From: an uncultured bacterium
GTDB taxonomy: Bacteria > Omnitrophota > Omnitrophia > Omnitrophales > Aquincolibacteriaceae
Length of the DNA stretch: 35,085 nucleotides
Direction: 5' to 3'
NCBI GenBank assembly: GCA_964553835.1
Contig: CAZKMJ010000002.1
Location: 1-35,085, forward strand
A program made the translations under genes and the position numbers. The notes below the pieces were generated by a model. It made no database searches, had not been told where the DNA came from, and saw nothing but the letters and a program-made list of their open reading frames with translations. Shown piece after piece: positions 1 to 9,683 of the stretch. Position 1 is the stretch's first letter. Each line of letters starts with the position of its first letter.

Positions 1-113
1 GGAAGAAAGGAAAATGGAAATCCCTATCATTATTGACGGGCGTTTGCCGGACGTGCGCCTGCGTATTGAGCCGCAGCTGCGCATTCGCCGGCAGCGTTTA
101 TGGATGAACCGCT

Positions 114-2233
<2,120 letters not shown>

Positions 2234-2263
2234 AATTCTACAGGCAGTTCCGGTTTAAAATTT

Positions 2264-3352
2264 ATGGATACAAATAAAAAGAAAATTCTTGTCGCTATGA
2301 GCGGCGGTGTCGACAGTTCTGTGGCCGCGGCCCTTTTGAAAGACCAGGGCCATGAAGTCGCTGGTGCGACTATACGCACGTGGGCTTCGGACAGCTGCGC
2401 GGATCTGAACACTCGTGCCTGTTGCGGGCTTTCGGGCGTGGAAGACGCGCGTGACGTGGCCGAATCGCTTGGCATCAAGTATTGGGTATTTAATTTTGAA
2501 AAAGATTTCAAGAAACACGTTGTCGATTATTTTGCGGCTGAATATCTGAAGGGCCGCACGCCCAATCCGTGCGTGGCCTGCAATGAACACATCAAGTTCC
2601 GGCTTTTTTTGAAACGCGCCCAAGAACTTGGCTTTGATGCTATTGCCACCGGGCATTATGCGCAGCTAGTGCATGATGAGCAGGGAAATATTGTGCTTTC
2701 AGAGGGCGTGGACGCGGGCAAGGACCAGTCCTACGTTCTTTTTCCTCTCGAAAAAGAAGTGCTGCGGAACCTTTATCTTCCCATCGGTGGTTTCACTAAA
2801 TCTGAAATTCGCGTGCGTGCCGCTGGCATGAAGCTTAAAGTCGCGGGCAAGCCGGACTCGCAGGAAATCTGCTTTATCCCAAGCAATGATTACAGCCAGT
2901 TCCTGAAAAAGGAATACAAGGAGGCTTCGCCGCGCAAAGGTATTATTCGCACCCGGGGCGGTGAAGTGCTGGGCGAGCATGAAGGTTTTTTTAATTATAC
3001 GCGCGGGCAGCGCCGGGGTCTTGGAGGTGGAAATTCCGAGCGCCTGTATGTGCTGGAAACCATTCCTGAAACTAATGAGGTCGTCGTAGGAACCCGTGAA
3101 GAAATTTTTGGCCTGAATTGCACAGTGGGCCGGTTTAACTGGTTCGCGCGTCCTGCCGAAAATGATTTCAAAGCGCATGTGAAGATCCGCTCCCAGCATC
3201 GCAAGGCCGCGGCTGAAGTCCGGGTCCTGGATGACCATTCTGTGGCGATTGAATTTGAAGAACCTCAGGACGCTATCACTCCAGGGCAGGGCGCTGTCAT
3301 TTACAATGGAAGCATGGTGCTTGGTGGAGGCTGGATCGATACGGTAAAATGA
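2264..3352 (+). CDS. mnmA: tRNA-specific 2-thiouridylase MnmA
   Basis: 362-aa ORF. PP-loop VAMSGGVDSSV, catalytic-Cys context NPCVACN, GKDQSY and QEICF motifs. Confidence 0.95.
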   Translation: MDTNKKKILVAMSGGVDSSVAAALLKDQGHEVAGATIRTWASDSCADLNTRACCGLSGVEDARDVAESLGIKYWVFNFEKDFKKHVVDYFAAEYLKGRTPNPCVACNEHIKFRLFLKRAQELGFDAIATGHYAQLVHDEQGNIVLSEGVDAGKDQSYVLFPLEKEVLRNLYLPIGGFTKSEIRVRAAGMKLKVAGKPDSQEICFIPSNDYSQFLKKEYKEASPRKGIIRTRGGEVLGEHEGFFNYTRGQRRGLGGGNSERLYVLETIPETNEVVVGTREEIFGLNCTVGRFNWFARPAENDFKAHVKIRSQHRKAAAEVRVLDDHSVAIEFEEPQDAITPGQGAVIYNGSMVLGGGWIDTVK

Positions 3353-4599
3353 AACTTTTAAAGCTCGAAAACAAAAAAGATATTTTCTTCCTCGTCTGGA
3401 CCATCCACCGTCCGTCCACTCCGCCTGCCAAAACCATTACTCCTCTCAAACAATTTTCCGGATTCGAAGCCGCGGCCTGCGTCAAAGAAGGTGACAAAGT
3501 TCTTTTGGGGCAGAAAATCGCTGAAGCCGGGCATGAAGACAACGTGGACTTGCATGCGCCTGTTTCAGGAAAAGTCTCCCGCGTTTTCAATGCTCAACAC
3601 CCCGTTTTTGGAAAATCGCAGGCCATCGAAATTATTTCAGACGGACTGGACGAAAAATGTCCGGGCTATGGTCTCGATCGAGTTTGGGAAAAATCAAAGC
3701 CACAAGAGTTGATCGAGCGTTTCCGAAGCATGGGCGTTGTGGACATGAATCTGAAAATGGAGCCTGTCCATAGCAAGCTGCGCAAAAAAAGCGGCTCCAT
3801 TATTTTGAATGCTTGCGAGTCCGACCCTTATCTTGCTTCAAATTATTCTTTGATCATGTCTCATCCACTCGAAGTGCTCAAAGGCGCCGATATCCTTCGA
3901 AGGGCAGCGGGAGCCGAAAAAATAGTGTTCGTCACGGAAAATGAAAAGCGTGAGGCGGCGGAGCTGGTTAAAAGCAAAATTTATTTTCTGAAATGGGAGC
4001 ATGCCGAAGCAGTCATGATTCCTTCCGGATACCCGGATGACGAAGCGTTGCTGGCCCGCCGCGCGGGCATAGAACAGGGCGTTGTGTTTGATCTGGCCAC
4101 TGCATTTGCCGCCTATGAAGCCGTTGCCCTGAACAAACCATTGATAGAAAGAGTCGTGACGGTCGCCGGGGAATGTGTCATGGAACCCAAAAATGTATGG
4201 GCCAGGACGGGGGCGGAATTTGGAGCCGTTGTTAAAACCTGTAAAGGTTTTATGCGGGAACCCCGTAAATTACTGATGGGCGGTCCCATGGGGGGCCGTG
4301 CCCAGACGCGCCTGGACGTTCCGGTAGTCGCGGGGACACAGGGTATCCTGGCACTTCCAAAGGAAGTCGCTAGACCTGAAGACCCGGAACCTTGTATCCG
4401 GTGCGGGCGCTGTATTGAGGTTTGTCCTGAAAATCTTTCGCCGGCGCTGATCAGCCTTGCGGCTGAAAACGACCTTTTTGCTCTGGCCAAGGATTATGGC
4501 GCGGACCTTTGCGTTGAATGCGGCAATTGTGCCTATGTTTGTCCGGCAAAACGTCCCATGACCGAGTTAATGCGTTATGCGGCGGGCGGACCGTCTTGA
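3349..4599 (+). CDS. rnfC: RnfC-like subunit (divergent; two 4Fe-4S motifs kept, Gly-rich nucleotide loop absent)
   Basis: 416-aa ORF. It is collinear with RnfC: HAPVSGKV, LNACESDPY (canonical INAAECEPY), ERVVTVAGE..P.NVWAR.G, MGGPMGG, LDVPVV, then CIRCGRCIEVCP and CVECGNCAYVCP. ATGA overlap with the mnmA stop. Confidence 0.8.
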   Translation: MKLLKLENKKDIFFLVWTIHRPSTPPAKTITPLKQFSGFEAAACVKEGDKVLLGQKIAEAGHEDNVDLHAPVSGKVSRVFNAQHPVFGKSQAIEIISDGLDEKCPGYGLDRVWEKSKPQELIERFRSMGVVDMNLKMEPVHSKLRKKSGSIILNACESDPYLASNYSLIMSHPLEVLKGADILRRAAGAEKIVFVTENEKREAAELVKSKIYFLKWEHAEAVMIPSGYPDDEALLARRAGIEQGVVFDLATAFAAYEAVALNKPLIERVVTVAGECVMEPKNVWARTGAEFGAVVKTCKGFMREPRKLLMGGPMGGRAQTRLDVPVVAGTQGILALPKEVARPEDPEPCIRCGRCIEVCPENLSPALISLAAENDLFALAKDYGADLCVECGNCAYVCPAKRPMTELMRYAAGGPS

Positions 4600-4653
4600 A
4601 ATTTGAGCTCAATACCTGTACCTTTTGAACAGAAACACTAACCACAGGAATTT

Positions 4654-5940
4654 ATGAAGCCCAATCCGTTTTTCTCCGGTTTTGTCTGCGGCGTTGCCCT
4701 GACTCTTGCTTCCATCATTGTCATTCTTACTTATAATAAGAATTACGCGCCGACAGTTCCTGCGAATCCGCTGATCCCGGAAACCGGCGCTATCCAGCTG
4801 GCCCAGGCCGGCGGAAGGGCCCTGAACCTGACCCCACCCACGCGTGGTCCGGTCACTGCTCCCGTAACGATCATTGATTATTCGGATTTCTACTGCGGCT
4901 TCTGCAAAAAAGTCATGCCTACACTGCTGCAGGTCACTAAAAATTATCCGGACAAGGTTAAACTTGTTTTCAAGCATCATCCATTGTCGCAGACACCCGG
5001 TCAGGGTTCGTATTTTGTTCATGAAGCGGCTGTCTGTGCGCATGAGCAGGCCAAGTTCTGGGAATTTTTTGAAGCTGCTTTCGCGTATTCCGGGCATCCG
5101 GATCCCGCCGCGGTACGGCAGATCGCATCTCAGATTGGTTTGAATTCTCAACTTTTTGAGGGCTGTTTGAAAACCGATCGGCCCAAAAAAGTGATCGAAG
5201 CAGATTTGCGCGAGGCGCAGTCACAGAAAGTGGATGGAACTCCTACTTTCTTCATCAACGGAGAAGTTCTTGCGGGCGCTTATCCTTATGAGACTTTCCA
5301 GTCTAAAATCGAATCGATTATAAACCCGAGGCAGGCGGGAACTGCGCCTGCAGCCGCGGCCGCGGCTGCTCCGAAGGCCGTTCCGCAAATCGCGCCTCAG
5401 CCGGTTCAGCGCGCGGAATTTAATGATTTGAAAGGCCGTCCCTCCCAGGGGCCTGAAAAAGCTCCTATTACCATTGTTCAGTTCAGTGATTTTCACTGCC
5501 CGTTTTGTGTGCGCGTAGAGCCGACCATGGACCAGATCATGAAAGAATATCAAGGTCAAGTGCGCAAGGTGTGGCGTCATTTTCCGTTGTCCATGCACAT
5601 CGGCGCGGACAGGACACATGTGGCCTCTGAATGCGCCAATAAACAGGGGAAATTCTGGGAATATCATGACAAGTTGTTTAAGAATTTTTCGGCGCCCAAG
5701 GACGATGGTCTTTACATTTCCATCGCTAAGGAAATCGGTTTGAAAGAGAAAGATTTTAAAAAATGTTTGAACGATGAGGGCATGCTGCAGCAGATCCGCG
5801 ACGACATAAGCGCGGGCTCCAAAGTTGGTGTCAGCGGAACGCCGGTGGCTTTTATCAATGGCCTCAAGTTGACTGGCGCCCAGCCTTTCACTTCCTTCAA
5901 GCGCGTGATTGACGACGAGCTTCAAAAAGCAAAAAAATGA
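4654..5940 (+). CDS. Membrane-anchored tandem DsbA-family thiol:disulfide oxidoreductase (two thioredoxin-fold domains)
   Basis: 428-aa ORF. N-terminal hydrophobic anchor FVCGVALTLASIIVILTY. Two paralogous DsbA-like domains with active sites YSDFYCGFCKK and FSDFHCPFCVR. Each domain ends in GTP.FFING / GTPVAFING (cis-Pro loop). The domains are joined by an Ala/Pro linker AGTAPAAAAAAAPKAVPQIAPQP. Confidence 0.85.
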   Translation: MKPNPFFSGFVCGVALTLASIIVILTYNKNYAPTVPANPLIPETGAIQLAQAGGRALNLTPPTRGPVTAPVTIIDYSDFYCGFCKKVMPTLLQVTKNYPDKVKLVFKHHPLSQTPGQGSYFVHEAAVCAHEQAKFWEFFEAAFAYSGHPDPAAVRQIASQIGLNSQLFEGCLKTDRPKKVIEADLREAQSQKVDGTPTFFINGEVLAGAYPYETFQSKIESIINPRQAGTAPAAAAAAAPKAVPQIAPQPVQRAEFNDLKGRPSQGPEKAPITIVQFSDFHCPFCVRVEPTMDQIMKEYQGQVRKVWRHFPLSMHIGADRTHVASECANKQGKFWEYHDKLFKNFSAPKDDGLYISIAKEIGLKEKDFKKCLNDEGMLQQIRDDISAGSKVGVSGTPVAFINGLKLTGAQPFTSFKRVIDDELQKAKK

Positions 5941-5946
5941 GGCTTC

Positions 5947-6780
5947 GTGAGCTACAGCTCCGGCGTCAATCCGCACATCCGCTCATCTGAAACAGTACAG
6001 AGCCTGACGTGGTCCATGGTCATGGCTCTTCTGCCCGCGGTTTTCGCGCATATTTTTTTCTTTCCAGCGCGGGCGGTGTTTCTGGTCCTTCTGCTTTTCA
6101 CAGCCTCCATTCTTGAGGAAATAACCTTTATCATTTTCCGCGACCTGCCGCTGAAAAAATATCAGGACTTCAAAAACGGCACCATTTTTCTTTACGCGCT
6201 TGTTTTCTTTATGATTGTGCCAGTTTCGCTGCCCATGTTTCCGGCCGCGGCGGGATTTGCATTTTCTCTTTTTTTCACGCGCTCGGTTTTCGGGGGGCAG
6301 GGCGCCGCGTTTTTTCATCCGGCACTTGCTGCGCTCATATTTTTAAGGGTCCTTTTTCAGGGCTCGGGATTTTTCCGGGCATATGCCTATCCGCCGTCTC
6401 TTTTTTCCTGGTCCGTGCGCGGGCTGCTTGCTTCCGGCGGGATTTATTTAATTTTCCGCAAAACTTTCCGGCCTCAGGTGCCTTTGGTTTTTCTCTTCTC
6501 GGTCTTTGGATTTTCACTTCTTTTTCAGCTTCCGCAGGATTCCGCGCACGCCGCGTTCTGGTTGTTGACCGGATTTTTCGCGGCGGTGGATTTTGGAACA
6601 GCGCCCATGCATGATTCGGGGCGTGTGATTTACGCTTTTTTATCCGGGCTTATCGCGGCTTTTCTTGAAAGCGGAGGCCTGGGAACCGGAACCGCGTGCG
6701 CATTCGCGGTTTTGACCGGAAATATCATGACGCCGTGGCTGGATATCGCGCGTGTTAAGAAAGCGCTGAACCATGTTTAA
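5947..6780 (+). CDS. rnfD: RnfD/NqrB-like polytopic membrane subunit, shortened (277 aa)
   Basis: GTG start. Matches RnfD landmarks by eye: N-terminal S..PHIRS, FGGQGAAFFHPALAA (canonical YGG.G.NPFNPAM), and C-terminal LLTG..AAVDFGTAP ... GTACAFAVLTGNIMTPWLD (canonical LLSGAT..TDPVT ... GVAFAVLLAN..VPLID). Confidence 0.75.
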   Translation: MSYSSGVNPHIRSSETVQSLTWSMVMALLPAVFAHIFFFPARAVFLVLLLFTASILEEITFIIFRDLPLKKYQDFKNGTIFLYALVFFMIVPVSLPMFPAAAGFAFSLFFTRSVFGGQGAAFFHPALAALIFLRVLFQGSGFFRAYAYPPSLFSWSVRGLLASGGIYLIFRKTFRPQVPLVFLFSVFGFSLLFQLPQDSAHAAFWLLTGFFAAVDFGTAPMHDSGRVIYAFLSGLIAAFLESGGLGTGTACAFAVLTGNIMTPWLDIARVKKALNHV

Positions 6781-7273
6781 AAAACTCATGCCCGGTTTAA
6801 AAATTTGTTTTTTTGTTTTGTATGTTACCGCCATTATTTCAGGCGTTGTTCTGTGCTACGGGCCTCGCAGCCAGAGGGGTTCACAACAGCTCCAGGAAGA
6901 CCTTAAAAAAATTCTGCCCCATTTTGACAACAAGCCCTGGGAAGAAACGTTTAATGTAGACGGGTTCCAGGTTTTTCCGGCACGCGCTGAACGCAAAGTA
7001 CAGTTTGAGGGTTCTGCGGAATCCGTTACAGCCAATGCCCTGAGCGGTTTCGCGGTCAAGGCACCCAAATACCGGGACAGCGAAGGTTTGAACCCCTTGA
7101 TCGCGGGTTTCGATCTGGAAGGCAACATCACAGGCATGCGCAATGTTTTTCACCGGCCGGGACTCGTGCCTGAAAATGAAATTTCTTCGGAAACCCGGTT
7201 TAAAGCCAAACTGTTTTTCGAACACAGGCGTTCTGTCATGTTGGAAAAAGCCAATGAAGGGGCCATGGCATGA
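6773..7273 (+). CDS. RnfG/NqrC-like subunit, truncated (166 aa)
   Basis: N-terminal TM helix ICFFVLYVTAIISGVVL. The stretch NPLIAGFDLEGNITGMRNVFHRPGL resembles the RnfG core (llvGid.dG.ItGv.vl.H.ETPGLG). Position after the rnfD-like gene matches rnfCDGEA order. 8-nt overlap with the upstream gene. Confidence 0.45.
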   Translation: MFKKLMPGLKICFFVLYVTAIISGVVLCYGPRSQRGSQQLQEDLKKILPHFDNKPWEETFNVDGFQVFPARAERKVQFEGSAESVTANALSGFAVKAPKYRDSEGLNPLIAGFDLEGNITGMRNVFHRPGLVPENEISSETRFKAKLFFEHRRSVMLEKANEGAMA

Positions 7274-7809
7274 AAAAGAGGGCCCCACTTCCTTCTTTCA
7301 TAGAAGCCGCGGCCCCGGTTTTTCCTCTTTGGACATTTCTTTTGCAGTGGGACGGCGCGCTGGAAACCGTTTTGGCTGCCGCAGTGGTTTATCTGGCTGT
7401 GTCCCTGCTTTTCGAACTGATCTCACCCGCGTTTCCAAAAAACCTGCTGGCGTTTGCCAAAGTTTTGACAGTTTGTTCCGCGGTCTATGCTCTGCCCGGT
7501 TTTTATGAAAATGCGCCGGCTATTGCCCTGAGTGTATGTCTTCTGGAATTTCCGCTGCAGAGCGTGAAAAAACGCGCGGGCAAAAGCCCCGCACTTGCCA
7601 AAATAATTTGTTTCGCGGGACTTGCGGTTTATCTGGCGGCCGCGCAGGAAATTCTGGGCCGCCAGTTCCATTGGCCGGTTTTTCAGCGTGTGCCCGGGAC
7701 TTTTTTCCTGCTTTCTCTTCCCGCGGTTTTGTGGCCAGTCAGCCGCAAAAGGGTCCGTGCTCTCCGCACGAGAATCAAAAAAGTTTCCCTGGGGGGCGCG
7801 CCCGCGTGA
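7270..7809 (+). CDS. Hydrophobic membrane protein in the RnfE/NqrD position (weak similarity)
   Basis: 179-aa ORF, multi-TM. AQEILGRQ and PGTFFLLSLPAVL faintly recall RnfE (LREIIGNG, PPGAFI.LGL). The assignment rests mostly on synteny. ATGA overlap upstream and GTGA overlap downstream. Confidence 0.4.
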   Translation: MKKRAPLPSFIEAAAPVFPLWTFLLQWDGALETVLAAAVVYLAVSLLFELISPAFPKNLLAFAKVLTVCSAVYALPGFYENAPAIALSVCLLEFPLQSVKKRAGKSPALAKIICFAGLAVYLAAAQEILGRQFHWPVFQRVPGTFFLLSLPAVLWPVSRKRVRALRTRIKKVSLGGAPA

Positions 7810-8279
7810 ACACATTATTTTTTTCCGCGGCAGCTTTCGCGTTCCTCTTTTCCATTGAACGTGAAAAAACAAGCATGGCCAAGGTTCTGGAAGAAACTTT
7901 TATGGTTTTTTCCTGCGTTGCCCTGATTGCGGCCACGGGATTAAAAAATGATTTAGCGGTTTGGATAATTCCGGCTGTCTTTGCCGCTTGTTCGCTTGCC
8001 TGCAAACCTTTGATTTTTTTTGCCGCGATCTGCGGACTTTCCTTTTCTTTTCTGGAAACCGCGCCTTATGTCACTCACTTGTCGGGAATTCTGCAGTCCG
8101 CGGTGCTTTTCGCGGGTCTGAGGATCTTTGTGGAGGGGTTCCGGCAAAGGGGGCTGTTTTTCCGGCCGCCCTCGCGCTTCGCGGGCATCCCGGCCCTTTT
8201 GATGCAGGCTTTCTGGGCCTCTTTATTTTTATCTGCATGGCTGCTTTTGCCTTATTGGTCGCGGCCTGCGGGCATTTAA
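7806..8279 (+). CDS. Hydrophobic membrane protein in the RnfA/NqrE position (RnfA-like C-terminus)
   Basis: In-frame GTG at 7806 inside track ORF 7536..8279; the first 90 codons of that ORF overlap the previous gene. The C-terminal ILQSAVLFAGLRIFVEGFRQRG..PPSRFAGIPALLMQAFWASLFLS parallels RnfA [35 protein letters not shown]. Confidence 0.5.
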   Translation: MNTLFFSAAAFAFLFSIEREKTSMAKVLEETFMVFSCVALIAATGLKNDLAVWIIPAVFAACSLACKPLIFFAAICGLSFSFLETAPYVTHLSGILQSAVLFAGLRIFVEGFRQRGLFFRPPSRFAGIPALLMQAFWASLFLSAWLLLPYWSRPAGI

Positions 8280-8351
8280 GTTCTTGCGCTGCAGGCCGTT
8301 GTTTAAAGAAGCGCGTTTTAATGTGTTATCCTTCTCTTAAGCGAGGTGTTT

Positions 8352-9455
8352 ATGTCGATTGAAGCCATTCTGAATTACGCCATCGAGCGCGAAGCATCTG
8401 ACATTCATATTTCCGTAGGCCGTCCCCGTTCTGTGCGTCTTCACGGCATCATCACTTCCATTGACGATAAACCTTTGACCGCTCAGGAAACCGAAGAGCT
8501 GGCGCGTGAAATCACGACTGAAGAGCAGCGCAAAAAAGTTGAAGAGGTCGGCGGCATTGATTTCGGTTTTTCTTACGGACAGAAAGCGCGTTTCCGCGTT
8601 TCCTGCTTCAAGCAGAAGGGCAGCTATGCCATGGTCCTCCGCCAGCTGCCATACAAGTTTTATACGTTTGATCAGATCGGTCTTCCGACGCAGCACCTGG
8701 TGGAACTGTTGTCTCGCCCGCGCGGCTTGATTCTGGTGACCGGGCCCACGGGTTCCGGTAAAACCACCACCCTGGCCACCATGCTCAATTACATTAATGA
8801 AAATATGGAGAAGCACATCATTACGGCTGAGGATCCAATCGAATTCATGCATCCGCACAAAAAGTCAGTGGTGACTCAGCGCGAAGTGGGTGAAGACGTT
8901 CCGAGCTTCTCGGAAGCGGTTGTTAAGGCTTTGCGCCAGGATCCAGACGTCATTCTGGTCGGCGAAATGCGAGACCTATCGACTATGGAGACCGCGATTC
9001 GCGCAGCTGAAACGGGTCACTTGGTTTTCTCAACCCTGCACACGACGGGTGCTGCCCGCACCGTGGACCGTATCATTGACGTGTTCCCGGCACACCAGCA
9101 GACCCAGATCCGCATCCAGCTGGCCTCCACTCTGGTGGCGGTTGTGTCCCAGACCCTGTTGCCCCGCATTGACGGAAAAGGTGGCCGCATCTGCGCTTTC
9201 GAGATCATGATTGCTACCCCGGCCATCCGGAACCTGATCCGGGAAGGTAAAACCTACCAGGTGGTATCTGAAATTCAGACCGGAGCCCGGTTTGGCATGA
9301 GGGCATTGGACGACCACTTAAAGGAGCTATATCAAACAGGTGTAATAAGTTACGACTCGATGATCGAAATGGCTCAGGATCCCAAGGAGCTGGCGGAAAG
9401 GGCGCTAAAGGCCCCAACTGGCGCCAAGCCCATGGGAACCCCCATTAAGAAATAA
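8352..9455 (+). CDS. pilT: Type IV pilus retraction ATPase PilT (twitching motility)
   Basis: Walker A GPTGSGKTT, Asp box/Walker B ILVGEMRD, His box FSTLHT and AIRNLIREGK motif. GAGG lies 5 nt before ATG 8352. The track ORF begins at GTG 8346. Confidence 0.9.
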   Translation: MSIEAILNYAIEREASDIHISVGRPRSVRLHGIITSIDDKPLTAQETEELAREITTEEQRKKVEEVGGIDFGFSYGQKARFRVSCFKQKGSYAMVLRQLPYKFYTFDQIGLPTQHLVELLSRPRGLILVTGPTGSGKTTTLATMLNYINENMEKHIITAEDPIEFMHPHKKSVVTQREVGEDVPSFSEAVVKALRQDPDVILVGEMRDLSTMETAIRAAETGHLVFSTLHTTGAARTVDRIIDVFPAHQQTQIRIQLASTLVAVVSQTLLPRIDGKGGRICAFEIMIATPAIRNLIREGKTYQVVSEIQTGARFGMRALDDHLKELYQTGVISYDSMIEMAQDPKELAERALKAPTGAKPMGTPIKK

Positions 9456-9524
9456 CCAGCCAGGACAAGATTCTCTATAGAGTTTCTGGCATTACCGGTG
9501 CATTGGGGTCGCTAAAAAATAGGC

Positions 9525-9553
9525 TTGACCGCTATAGGGGCTTTGGGTATGCT
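9525..9553 (+). promoter_or_regulatory. Sigma70-type promoter candidate upstream of polA
   Basis: TTGACC (9525-9530), a 17-nt spacer, then TATGCT (9548-9553). Preceded by the A-tract AAAAAAT (9514-9520). Located in the largest intergenic gap of the window (9456-9683). Confidence 0.5.
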
Positions 9554-9683
9554 ACTTCCTCACGGAGAGTAGTTCACGTCAGATTGACCCGCACGGCAAT
9601 TCTAAATCCCTGAAAAATCAATAGTTAGAGGTCGTTTAATCCTGGTTTCCGCGGGTTTTACCGCGCTCTTTCCCTGAATCTCA

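Noticed and set aside
5335-5400. GC-rich GCN run (gcagccgcggccgcggctgct) that might be taken for a simple-sequence repeat or mobile-element scar.
   Set aside because: It is in frame and encodes the poly-Ala/Pro interdomain linker of the tandem DsbA protein. It is coding low complexity, not an independent element.
7536-7805. N-terminal 90 codons of track ORF 7536..8279.
   Set aside because: This part overlaps the rnfE-position gene in another frame and translates to Arg/Gly/Pro-rich non-membrane sequence. The hydrophobic protein begins at the GTG at 7806, which overlaps the upstream stop (GTGA).
8280-8351. Possible pilT promoter or terminator in the 66-72 nt gap after the rnfA-like gene (GCGCT...AGCGC 5-bp stem, TTTAAA / TGTTAT hexamers).
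   Set aside because: The stem is short with a 15-nt loop, and the hexamers are poor matches with ambiguous spacing. It cannot be supported beyond noting the half-copy of the TTGCGCTG motif.
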